Notes: generated by a model not told the origin, from the letters alone. 64,000 nucleotides of DNA from Paraspadella gotoi (GCA_051294375.1 CM119270.1:4146301-4210300); one strand, 5' to 3'. Shown: positions 45,719-57,814, counted from the stretch's first letter. Numbers and translations are program-made.

Positions 45719-45860
45719 TTAACTGATCAATATAAAATTTTAAACACATAAATAGTTTTAGTATATTCTACTCAACTAAATTTTAAAATCAATGAAATAA
45801 CCACTGGTTTTGCAAATGACAGCGTATTTCAACCGGCGCTTGTAAAATTGTCACCATGTA
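45719..45860. repeat. ~140-bp AT-rich insertion in the Gypsy RT/RNase H junction; second copy at ~21042-21182
   Basis: Near-identical TTAACTGATCAATATAAAATTT...GTAAAATTGTCACCATGTA at both sites. Confidence 0.85.
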
Positions 45861-47054
45861 CTCGCTCTGGTAATGGTCCGTACACCGTTCTTGTCTACTA
45901 AAAATCCGAGGAAACTCGAGTGATTTGTTGTCGAAGAGGAGGCATTTTTAGTATTCACGACCAAACCGTATTCGTCGAGGGCCTTGAAAACCCGTTCTAG
46001 ATCTTGTTTGTGTTCCTCTGGAGATGAGAAGGCGACGAGGATGTCGTCTATATAAACAAAAGTATCGGGAATGTCCCCCAAGATCTTATCCATAAGTCTC
46101 TGGAAATCTTGACCTGCATTTTTCAGTCCTAAAGGACAACGTGGGAAAACATACAGGCCAAACGGAGTTATCACTGCCGTTTTTTTGATATCGTCTGGGT
46201 TCACCGGTATCTGGTGATACCCTTTCAAGAGATCGATTTTAGAAAAAATGGTTTTTCCTTGTAATTGAGAATTGAAGTCAGTTAGTAGTTTCACTGGGTA
46301 CCTGTCTTCCACCGTTTGGGCGTTGAGACGGCGATAGTCGCCGCAACAACGCCATCCTCCATCCGGCTTCTCGACTACGTGGAGTGGAGACGACCATCAG
46401 ACTTTCCACGCTTAGCTATACCCAGCGATACCATCTTTTCAAGTTCTCGTTTGCCACTGCTAGTTTTTCCGGATCCAATCGCCGGGCGCGCATTGGCATG
46501 GCGACCTTCAGTAGGGATGGAGTCACACCATGCTTTGGGTTTTTCAACTCGAAAGTGGGCGTGGCCAATGAGGGGGATGACTCGAGTAGTTTGTAGTATT
46601 GCTCGCCTTGTCTATCCACGAAATTTACATGAGCGGAAGTTTCTTTTGACGTCGACATCGCTATAGTGGAGTAATCGCGTAGATCAAGTAAAAGGCCATC
46701 ACGGTGGTTGGGGAGCTAGAAAATTTTCTGCTAAGAAGTCCGCGCCGAGTATACTTTGCTTGACGTTGGCGATCACGAATTTATAAGTGAATTTTCTATT
46801 TCCCAATTGGACTACTCTCTCGACCGTTCCGAAGCACGAGATAGGCGTTCCGTTTGCCGCTTGTAGCCTCATAGTTTGACTCGGGCCGCTGCTGCGCTGC
46901 TGCGGCGTCGGCGGAACAATCGAGAGTAGCGCACCACCTTCTACTAACCATCGGGTACGATCCCTGTTGTCCCTTATAAAGAGAAGGTCGTTGGGCGCCG
47001 GTGAAGGATTTGACGCTTGGGGGACGGCGTTCACCGCCGGCGTCCCCCCTTGGC

Positions 47055-47061
47055 GTTTCCC
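47055..47061 (-). promoter_or_regulatory. Putative -1 ribosomal frameshift site (G GGA AAC) between gag and pol
   Basis: Slippery heptamer near the gag stop, followed on the minus strand by a GGGGACG/CGTCCCC stem; gag and protease frames overlap. Confidence 0.65.
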
Positions 47062-48479
47062 TCTTTTTTCTTTTGCATCTCTTCGTAACGTGAGAAACCG
47101 ACTTCACATACCCAAGCATCGTCTCCGAATCTTGCATGTTTGGCGCAGAGAGTGATGAGTTTCGCCTTGGGCTTGTTTTTTCCCTTGGGCGCCGGATTTT
47201 GACGCCGCTTGCCTCCAGCATGTCCTCGAGGGTGGCTGTCGACGGCGTTGATTGTGTCGTCGTCGTCTGAGTCGTGGTGATTGTAATGATCTCGTTCGAC
47301 GTTGTTAATCATTGACGACGTTTGTTTGAGTTTAACGTTACCGTCGTTGTCATAGTGACGATCATCTAATTTGCAGAGCTCGCTGGCGGTGAGGTCATCC
47401 GCCTTGTCCTCAAGCTGGCGGCGGATGTCGTTCGGTAGCTCGTGTAATATTTTTTCCTTTCTCACGTCGATTGTGAGAGATCTCGTTTTCTCTTCGAGTT
47501 TGGCGAGGATCTTCGAGGGCTTGGCGCCGTCGACGTCGAGAGCGTCGAGGAGATTCGCGGCCTGCTGATGCCGCGTTAGTCCATATTCACTACGCAGGTA
47601 GGCGATGAATTCCTCCCATGTCGTCTCGCTGGCCTCGCCGAATAGGAATTGATTTATCTTAAGATCGACGTTAATACCTATTTTCGATTCTAAGTGTGCA
47701 AATTTGTTTCTCGGGTTGCTTATCCCTGCACGTGTGTAGGCAGCCTCTACAGTCTACACGTGTGATCCAGATTTCTATATTCGATGAATCGAAGTCTAGG
47801 AGATCGGGTTTGCGATTGGACGCCTTCACGGACATCATTTTTTTTGCATAATTTATCATAATTTGAGGTTCTGATATGATAATAATGATTAACGACAATA
47901 TTTTGGGGTGGGACCGACGGACCGACAAAGTGAATTATAGAGCCGGAATCTGCTGATAAGAGATCCGACTAAAAAAACTGATTGAACTGAATCTCTGCTT
48001 CACAGTCTCACTATCTTTCCTGATTAAGTTACATTAACTTGTATTGCAATAGTATTTTCATATGATTTTTTTGCTTAATATTTGTTTTTTTTTAAATTAA
48101 AATATTATTGTCAAACTTTAATCTCATTTACATATTGGAGTAAGTCGATTTTTATTACGAACCTTTTGGCTTTATGGACAAAAAATCGTTCTATCTTATT
48201 TTGGTACCAAAGTAATATTCCCAAGGTTTTGCAAAGATATTCCAACCCGTCCTATAGGAAGCTTACCAGACTAGTTGGAGGAAAACTCTACTGAAGACTC
48301 CTGTTAATATTATAGTTATAATTGTTTTGGTATTTTGTTGATTTTTTTAAACAATCTGTTGCGTCTCAAATTATTCTTTTTAAATGTATTGCTAGGGTTG
48401 AGTTATTGCTGTATAGTTTGTTCGTGAAAGATCCTGTGGAAAAACAGAAGCGACAGATAAGCTAGTTTATTTTAGATTC

Positions 48480-48674
48480 TAGATTGAGGAAAAAACAGTT
48501 TTTATTAGGCAAACAACGATTTTTTAATGACAAATTTAGTCGGACATGTTTCGAGTCTTCATCAGCTTTTTTAATTCATCAGTTTTTTCTTTTTGAACAT
48601 TAAGTTAGTAAGATTAAATTTGTCCTTAAAAAATCGTTGTTTGCCTATTAAAAACTGTTTTTTCCTAAATTCTA
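48480..48674. mobile_element. Penelope-type inverted repeat with a minimal hammerhead (minus strand, 48541-48566)
   Basis: ~60-bp inverted arms; CTGATGA-AGACTC-GAAA-CATGTC. Confidence 0.7.
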
Positions 48675-49050
48675 ATTTTAAAAAAAAAGTGAAGAATAAA
48701 CGTTATTCATTAGAGTGGACCACTCAAGAACAAAACATTTATTTGAATGTCGAACAAAGATATTTAGATGTGAGATAGTATGATTAATTAGTACAAAAAA
48801 TATTTTGTTCATATTGTTTTGGGAACAGAATAGTAAAATATAATATATTTGTAATAATATCCTTATAAAATAGTAAATTTTAAAAATAATTTGTTTTAAA
48901 CTTTTAATAAAGATTCAGATTTTTTCATAAAAAGTTGAATTAAAAATATAAAATATGTTATCAAAAATTATGTCATCTTCAACGTTTAAAACAGGAAAAA
49001 AGGTGAAAATTCATGATTTTTTTATTCTTTGTAATAGAAATTTATATATG

Positions 49051-49335
49051 TGTAGTCGGGCATTGTTTAGGTTCACCCCGTCTATAAGCATGATACTTTC
49101 ATTTGTGACCCGGTGGCTCATTGAGTAAAGCCATCAGCTCATGACCACTAGAAACTGGGTTCAATCCTAACCCGGTATATATTCTGCGAGAAGCGTGAGG
49201 ACGGCCGTAAGCCACCTTGGGGGCGTGGGAAACCCTCAAGCCTGGTTCCAAGCCCAGGACCCGTTTCATGTCTGCTAAAGGGGGTTATAAAAGTTATGGA
49301 TAGTCATCTTCAGTCCATTTAGCACATTATCTACA
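49051..49335 (+). mobile_element. Solo LTR, tRNA-bearing family 2
   Basis: TGTAG...CTACA termini; TATG TSD (49047-49050 and 49336-49339); tRNA-like segment ~49107-49177 (TGGCTCATTGAG, CTCATGA loop, GGTTCAATCC). Confidence 0.88.
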
Positions 49336-49700
49336 TATGTTAAAACGTTTTAGTCATTTTTTGTGATCCAAACATTAAAATATCATATAACATATTTTAT
49401 AAAAGTTTAGTTTTTTACAGCAAATCCAAATCAGTTCTTAAAAATAAAAAAAATATTTTGAAATTTGACGATTTGATAAGGATATTACTACATAAATAAT
49501 TGAATTTACTATATTGTTATGCTAAAAAAAAAATATTCAAGGGATTTAAAATTTATTAATTACATATCCATAGGCAGCAAAAAAAGTAATGTTCAATCAC
49601 TCAATCTTTTTATCACTCCACCCTATGATGCATTATTCAGAATGGTATACCAACCGGCATCCTCCAATTCTTCAAAGTAAAGATTAAAATCGTCGATTAA

Positions 49701-49752
<52 letters not shown>

Positions 49753-50930
49753 CCCTGGTTTCGTCCTCAATTTTTAGTCCCGATATCAAAAACGCGGCGG
49801 AGCAGAAATTACGACGACGATAAAAGCGACGTTTATTCGATCGTTCGCCTTTCCCCACCTTTCCTCTCCCTCGGGGCATTTGGGTGCGTCAAGTCCGATG
49901 CCAACGGTGGGGCCGAATGGGTAGTGATGGCGGAGATTTGAATCCGCGAATCGTAAAGTTTTAATGTTTGCAGAATGAAATGAATCGTGGTTCGAAGCTC
50001 GAAAAAAAAAAGTGGATTAGCATTGGGGCATTTTGTCAGCACCAATAGTTTTTTTCTGGATCGGCTGGGCCAAATTCGGGCCAAATTCGGGCCAAATTCG
50101 GGCTAAAATTTTAGTCATTTTTTAGTTGTACCATTTTTAAAAAAATCATTGCAATGCTCCTATATGTATTAGTGAATGAATCATACTGAAGTTATAAAAA
50201 AAAAGTATTATCTTTAAAGAAGATCAAGAGGTTAGATTCTTCAGTATATCGATTGTGTAGAATCATTACCTTATAATTAAAACTTACCTCTTTCCATGTC
50301 AACGTTGTTAAGTTAAAAAGTGATCTGCTCGCCTCACGTCGTCACGTCTCGAAAATTCCCACCGTAACGCGAGTCAAGATCCCGACGCACGAACGAAAAC
50401 AAAAGCCTATACGTCCCGGGGGAAGCTTAAGCAAACCGAAGAGGGGGGGCGTGGCGAGGGAATGTAAACAATCATGAGACACAATGAGGGAGAAAGGAAA
50501 GCAATGGTTGAAATCCCACGCCAATAACGAAGTAGAAAAAAAGGAAAACAATCATGGAACCGAGGCAGCGATGGAATCTGATGGAACCAGAGGGAATCGA
50601 GAGAGAGAAGGCGGTGGCGAAGACTGTAACGAGGCGGGAGGGGGGGGTTTGGGTTTGGGGTCAATCCCCGGAGACGAGGCTTCGTTTTAGTTGGGTAATG
50701 AATTGAGGTATTTGCGGAAAGAGAGATTGATATTTTATGAGAAAGGCTTATAATTGTGCATGTAAGCATCGATGAAGTAGGTTCGATCAAAAAGGATTAA
50801 CCGGCTTTTATAAGTATTTTTATTCAATCATTTGTTTCTGGAAGCTGAAAGAATATATTTATTTATTTATATATATTGTCTTGGCAGTAATTATATTTGT
50901 TTTAATAAATTTGTTTCAAAAATCAAATCG

Positions 50931-51626
50931 AGAACAAAGTTTTTGAAGAATTGTCACAACGATTTTGATTTCATAATGAAACGGACATGTTTCGACTCAC
51001 AAGTCTTCTTAACCGCCAATTCAATTTGTTAATTTGAAGTGAATTTTGTGCATAAAGAAAGAGAGAGAGACAGGGCAAAGTTTCCAACACAGAGTTTGAG
51101 AGAAAGGATAGTGGTCAATTTTTATTGGGGACAGGTAAAGGTGAGGACAGAGAGTTTGTGAAAAGAAATTGAAATGGAGAGAGAGAGAGACACACACACA
51201 GTGCTTGAAAAATATAATACATTGTGAAATGTACAACAAAGTTAAAATAGTTAAAATTTGTAAACTTAGTATTGAATAATGTTAACAATTAACTACTGAA
51301 ATAGAAATTAAGAAATGTGAAATATTTATTGTTAGTGAGGGATAGCTAAGTAATTAGAAAAAGAGAAATTTCAAGTAATAAGAAAGAGCTCAAAAAGAGG
51401 CAATCTACATCAAAGCCCTCGAGCCCTCTTTGAACCGTGATGGAGGACGATTCGATCTCCCTCCAAGCTATGATTCGCTTATCATATCTCTCTCTTTCTA
51501 TATGCACAAAATTCACTTCAAATTCACAAATTGAATTGTCTCTGAAGAAGATTCGTGAGTCGAAACATGTCTGTTTCATTATGAAATAAAAATCGTTGTT
51601 ACAACTCTTTTCAAAAACTTTGTTCT
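50931..51626. mobile_element. Penelope-type ~140-bp inverted repeats around a ~415-bp spacer, each arm carrying a hammerhead motif
   Basis: CTGAAGA-AGATTCGTGAGTC-GAAA-CATGTC at 51542-51571; mutated inverse copy at ~50982-51016. Confidence 0.75.
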
Positions 51627-53339
51627 AAATTGAATCACAACGAAACAGAGGAAAAAATACAAAAATCAAATCATAAATAAATTTTTAATTGTGGAAACAT
51701 TGAACCTTTTACTTAAATTACAATTTATTATACTATCTAGGAAAAAATTATTTGATATAATTCCTTTATTCAAAAAAAAAAGATGACATTCTTAATATTT
51801 GGTATACCTTTCCTCGGCATCAACTACTGCTTGCCTTTGTCTAGGTATGCTCTTATACAGCAAATTGAGGTATGACAGTGAAATGTTTTTTGACATCTTT
51901 AACGCAATTCTGCGCAGCCCCGATATTAATATTGCGCATCTTTCCTTCTTTTCTGAGAGCTATAATAATATTTTTTTGAACCAGAAAGAGGTGCAAGGCC
52001 TTTAGCTTTGCCAAATTAAAAAAATATTAAAAAAAAACTAATTCTATTTAAAATAAAAACATAATTAAATATAAAAATGAATAAAAAATTAAATCTTTTT
52101 TTTCGCCATTTTTCATTTGAAGTAACAATATTTTTTTGCCTGTAAATTTTAAACGATTTGACCTACAAAAAAATAGAAGGAAGCTACTGAAAAGAAATTC
52201 AATATAGATTCGGAAAAATTTTGATTTTTTATAAATTAAATAAGTTTTCGAGTAGATATCTTTTTTTAAAAATGTCATATAATTTTTTCCTAGATAGTAC
52301 AAGTCGTTTTCATCAGTACTTATCTAATATTTCTTTGAATTTATAACTCGGGATCACGGGCGTGTTCATTGAACACTGTTCAACCGCATTGTCCGCTACT
52401 ACTCGGCTCTTGACCCCTCGAACAAGGACCCCTACCCGCTCACTCACGGTATTGTCGAGTCCTAATGGGTTTCGACTTTCGAGACCTTCTGCCGCGTCGG
52501 CGGCGGCGGCTACGCTGGCCCGTTTCCGTGGTCGACCGTGCTCGGTTTTAAAACCTAGACCCGGGTGGGGAGAAATATCGGTCTTTACAGAATAAAGAGC
52601 GTGTTTAAACTTGAATACGAGAGAGCGAGAGCTCCTGGGCACTCATTGATCACCGACCGTGCGTGTGAACGTGCGAGCGCTCGCCTGAGGGAGTGATTCT
52701 CGATTCTGACCGCGAGAATCAGCAGCCGAAGCGAAAAAGCCTTTGTCGATGAAAGAGGGAAAAAAAATTATTTGGTTTTTTCTTTGTTCCGTTATTTCTA
52801 TTCAATTCAGTTGATGACTTCGATCATTTCCTCAGTTTTCATAGGTATTCCAGCATCTGTGTTCGCTGGAGATGTCACAGTTAAATTATTTTATCCTCTG
52901 ATGCATTTCGGAATCTCTGACAATTTCATTTATCTTCTTTTGTTATTCACTTATTAAGGATCCGTGCACTGGAACGGATTATATATTTATCCCATATGTA
53001 ATTGGATCCATATACTATTTCATAACATTTTAATTTTAAAATTCATTTAATTTATATTTTATGCGTTGATTTGCATAAAAAATAGAATTAGTATGTATTG
53101 ATAATACCTTCTCATCTATTTCACATTATTGGCCTTAGCTATTCTATCAAACTTTCCCATTTCCCAATAAAAAAAAAATAATGTTTTAATCTTTTTCTCC
53201 AAACAATAGACGATCTGGAGAAAGAATGTCATTTTCTCTATATCACGCCACGATTTGCCATCCGTGAGAAGTTAACGTCAATGTCTGAATCCGGGATTGC
53301 AATGAGGAAAGAAAATGGGAGGCAATAGAGAAGCGGGTG

Positions 53340-53382
<43 letters not shown>

Positions 53383-53954
53383 ACAGAAGAGATGAGACGT
53401 TTTAATGAGGATGAATTAGAAAGGAGACGAGAACAAACGAGGAAAAGGAAGAAAGAGAGGAAATGAGGAAGGGAGAAAACGATGAAGGAAAGCAAGATGA
53501 TTAGGAGGGAGGAAAGAGGAATACACGAGGAGCGAGCAAGGAGAGGAGGGGAAGTAGAATAAATAGGAAATGGGATGAAATAACGTGAGGATATGAAAAA
53601 AAGAGTCAAGATTCAAGAATGGAAAGAAATGGTGGAGAAGAAAATGGAAATGTAAAGGTGTGGCGGTATCTTAAAAGTTAAAACCGTCTTATTTTTGACA
53701 CATTGAATGATACTAAGTCTAAGGCGACCGAATAGAGGAGGCAATTAATTAGCAAATTTACATTTTATACAATATACGGTAATACGAGAACACGGACAGA
53801 CGAATAAACTGACAAAGTATCTACAGTATAAACTAACAAAAAACTTTAATCTCTCGTATTCCAGCGATCTCATTTTTTTCCTGTCTGTTTTCACGCTGAT
53901 AAAATCTTTAAAAGCTGAAAATGTATTTTTTTAAAGAAAAAAAAAAAAGAAAAA

Positions 53955-54262
53955 TGTAATAGTGGGCTGGTAAGAAAAACCCATTTGTACAAAGATTGGT
54001 AGAGCGACGCTATATCACGATCCTACAGTGTAGACGGGTCTCGGGTTCCAGCTCAGTCGGAACAATTCTTGCACAAGAGCGTCGGTAGCAAGTCTACTAG
54101 ATGTTAAAGCAACTGAGGGAAAAATCTCCCAGACCCACTGGGCAGTACCCCCCAGTGGGCACGCTGAATGTGGGGCTGACCACTCTCGCTGAGTGATTTA
54201 GTACACCCTTTTCCGTTTGGTCAACGGAATTTGATTAAATTCGAACAATGAAATCAATTACA
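53955..54262 (+). mobile_element. Candidate solo LTR, tRNA-bearing family 3
   Basis: TGTAAT...ATTACA termini; flanks AAAA/AAAT; A-box-like AGATTGGTAGAGCG and B-box-like GGTTCCAGCTC; several hairpins. Single copy in the window. Confidence 0.55.
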
Positions 54263-55563
54263 AAATCGACAATAAATGTTTTCATTAACTCGAGTTTCGG
54301 AGCGGAAAAAAGACAATAGAATCAATAAAATGGAAATTGGGGAAAAAAAAATAGAATAAATTTATAAAAATAGTACTGGCTTTGAGTTTTCTTAGTGATT
54401 ATAATTAAAATACGTTAAATATAGTATATTATACAGTATACACTCAATAAGTTTAAATGTATGTAACAAAAGTTCTTTCTCCGTGTGACAACGCTGTCGT
54501 TAAATTCACTTTATAGAAAAATTGAATGGTTGCAATTCTTAAGAAGATTCCCGCCTCTTCTGTTACGCGTGAAACTATTTCCGCCATGACTTTACTTTTT
54601 CGAGACGTTGACAAGATTCACCATTCATCATTGTTCACTTCTCAATTCTTTGCTTACGTCCCCCCCCTACTCCCCTTCCCAAATTTACAGTCACTTTTAA
54701 CTTCTCCATCCCCAGCCCCAGCCCCAGCTCGATATCCCATTCTCTCACCACATCCCCATCGCCTTTCCTTCTCTTCCTCCAAAATCGAATCTGTCTCTTG
54801 GTTTACTGTTTGAAGCTTCTTTTTTTTTCTCTCTCTTTTGCTCTTTTTTCCCCAATTTTTTTCTCCTCCTTTTCTCAATTTTCCGGTCCGTTTTAAAAGA
54901 AAGATTCGAAAGATAAGAGTTTTAAAAAAGGGGAGAAAAAGCGCCAGAGAGAGAGAGAGAGAGAGAGAGAATAGAACAAGGGGAGTTTCGAATTTCCCTC
55001 TCCCGAGTCAATTTCCTTTTAAGTGCTTTACAGCATCAGTTTCAAACTCTCGGTTCCACAAGATTCCATTTTCATCCCTGAAACCGCGAGAGAGAGAGAG
55101 AGTGTTACATCCCGGGCTTGTGACTTTAGAATCTTATTACATCCGGGGTTAGCGGAGGAATCGTGGTGGGAGAGAGAGAGAGAGAGAGAGATACTAGAGA
55201 GAGAGCGGATAAAATTTGGGAAGTGTAACCCAAAAGAACTGTGACCTAAGAGTGAGAGTGTTTATACATGTTAAAAGGGCATAAGAGATTAGTTAAGAAT
55301 AATAAATTGTCTAAATTTTAACGTTAAAATCCATCTTACTCTCTTATCATATTCCGAAATCCATCAGCTTTAATTTCAGCTTCTTTGTTCCTCTAACTCG
55401 TATTACGATTTTTCCATTTCCTTTCTTTCTTTCCGTTTTCCCTTTCCTTTTTCCCTTTCCTTTCTCACTTTCCTTTCTCCCTTTCCTTTTTCCCTTTCCT
55501 TTTTCCTTCTATTTCCGTCGATACCGGGTTTCTCTCAAAGAATGACTGTCTCCGAACACTACC

Positions 55564-55636
55564 TTGACTTGACTTGACTTGAAAGGCATTCGTCCAACAA
55601 GGGACGACCTCCCTCTCAAAGCTGTCTTAGCTAGCA
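55564..55636 (-). mobile_element. 5'-truncated non-LTR retroposon 3' end (RTE-like) with (CAAGT)n tail
   Basis: Four CAAGT units on the minus strand; 10-bp TSD GAACACTACC at 55554-55563 and 55637-55646. Confidence 0.75.
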
Positions 55637-56300
55637 GAACACTACCGTCGTTTTTACTTACATTTTCGTCCTCAATATTTCCTTTTATTTAATTTCTCTC
55701 TCTTCTTGTTTCTCTCGTTTCATACTTTCCTAATTTACTTCTTTTTTTTTTTCCCCCCCTCATAAGCTTCATCCTTTCCTCCATGACACGTAAAAGAATG
55801 TGATATCATTGTTCAGACTGTTTTTCTTTTTTATTTAACGGCGTCACTAGTCGTCACTAGTCGTTGTTGTTTAGTATTTCGCCATTTTGTTCGAGTTACT
55901 AAAAATAGGTCGCGGAGAAAAAGGGAGAAAAGGAAGACCGGAGGGAGAGAAAAAGGAGGAGGAAGAGGAGGAGGAAAAAGGCTGACGACACCGAAGATTT
56001 TTTTTTTTCAATCTTCTTGATTGCAAATTCGTTTCGCCCCAAAGGAATTGAGAAGAGAGGTGAGGTCAGGAATAGAGTGGGTGCAGGTAAGTGGGTGAGG
56101 CAGAGATTGAAGGGAGATGAGATTTGTGAGACGAGTGAGGGAAGTGTGAAAGATCCGTGAAGATTCTTTCTTGGGGATGAAAAAAAAAATTGAATCGAGT
56201 TATAATCAGGATGTTGAATTAGTTTATTTTTTTTTCAAATTCGAATTCACAATAATTCTAGACATTGTGTTTGAACTTTCTTTTTGTTGTTTTATCAAAG

Positions 56301-56469
56301 TTTAGAGAGAAAACGAAAATTTCGTTGCAACAAGTGAATTTTTTATTATTAATTCCGACATATGTTGAAGACGATGAAGACTCGTAAAAACATAAGAGTC
56401 GAAACATGTCCGAATTAATAATAATAAATTCACTTGTTGTTGCAACGAAATTTTCGTTTTCTCTATAAA
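56301..56469. mobile_element. Penelope-type palindrome with a degenerate hammerhead
   Basis: ~60-bp inverted arms; ACGATGA-AGACTC..GAGTC-GAAA-CATGTC at 56371-56410. Confidence 0.7.
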
Positions 56470-57748
56470 AAATAATTCTAATAATTTTATTTTTTAATTC
56501 TTTTAGTTACCAATATTTTTTATTTTTCTCAAAGACAGATGCTACTTTGTCTGCTTTTTCCGCAAGTCTTTCTCCTTCCAAAAACAAGTAGCGCCTTACG
56601 TTGGGACGAAGTTACAACTGTAGAGCAACAATAAACAAAAGAAAAAGTCCACGTAACGTCATCATGCGGCGATTTTAAGTAAATCGAGATGTTCTTGACT
56701 TTCTTGTGTTAAAATTGGGTTAAAAATTGAATATTTTGATGACTGACATGACAACTGCCAAATCCACAAGGTTCTTCGGGCTTTCTGTATATTGATAAAT
56801 TGACAGTTTTATAAATATAAATATAAATATAATTCGTATTTAGAAAAAAATATGAAAAGGAAATTGTCTTTCTTAATTCCGTCTACGTTGTTTGACAAAA
56901 TTAGAAAACTAGAATAGGCTTAGAGAGAGATTATATTTAATAAAAAGAGAGAGAAAGACCCGGGAAAGCCAGTGCGAGAAACACGAGCTTCCACAGAAAT
57001 TTGATTTAAATCGTAAAATGGGGTGTTTTTATTCATATCAAATTATGATACAGATGCATACAAACATAGGTATAAATTAACAACAAAATGACAATGAAAT
57101 CGGCATCTATTTGAATCTAAATATAAAATGTTCGAACAAGAAGTTCGCCAGGGTTCGAACTTTAATCCAACTGGTTAATTAAAGAGGCTTCGTAGGACAG
57201 CGTTGTTATCGCGGTTAATCCAAAGAACTGCGGAGATTTGTGAGAAGTCGTAGGGTACGGCAAAGTACTATATAGTAACTAGCATCCTAACATTGAAATA
57301 GAGAGTACTCAGAATAAAGGACGTGAAAATGAAATGAGGGAAGAAAAGTAAAAGTTGAAATGCGGAGGAAAAATAAGGTATAAGGAAAAAGAAAAAGAAA
57401 TTCATACAATACAATAAATACAAATAATCAAATAATTAATCAAAGAAGCAATATTAAACAAATAAAAAAATCCCATTTCAACGCAGAATCTGGAATGACC
57501 GCAAAAAGAGAGAAAGAGACGAACGTCGATATCTCCTATATAAAAGAGCATCTGAGTTGTAGATGGTAGTCCGGACTTTACAAACTAAAGGGAGGAAAAA
57601 TTAAAAAAAAAATTAAGAAAAAAGAGGAAAGAAAAGAAAAGAAAAGAAAAAGAAAGAAAAGGAGAAAAAATAGAGAAGAAAAAAAAATAAAAGAAACGAA
57701 GGAAAGTGGAGAAACGGATAAATGGCGCGAGAGGGGGCATGGTGACCC

Positions 57749-57814
<66 letters not shown>

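Larger units (their letters stand above)
44762..47826 (-). mobile_element. Ty3/Gypsy (CsRn1/Kabuki-like) gag-pol fragment: gag, protease, RT, RNase H; frameshifted, no integrase, no LTRs
   Basis: Gag CAKHARFGDDAWVC; protease LVEGGA..ILGADFL; RT FSKIDLLKGYHQIP..TAVITPFGLY..YIDD; RNase H TDASD and FTIYTDH. Confidence 0.92.
43179..47977 (-). mobile_element. Helentron-associated non-autonomous element (HINE/DINE-1-like) containing tandem repeats and the Gypsy fragment
   Basis: Minus-strand 5' end TTTTTAGTCGGATCT..GCAGAT..TCTATAATTCAC followed by GTCG/GTCC microsatellite; 3' end GCAGATCCGAC subterminal repeat + ATTGTTTGCTCAAACTTGTT. Confidence 0.65.

Noticed and set aside
45719-45860. Insertion as a spliceable introner in pol
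   Set aside because: The nearest GT/AG pair on the minus strand does not restore the frame exactly.
50484-50690. 68-aa ORF as a gene
   Set aside because: No domain or convincing splice structure; low complexity.
54120-54180. HDV-like ribozyme around the CCCACTGGG hairpin and CTGAATG
   Set aside because: Could not assign P1, P2, P3 or P1.1 by eye.
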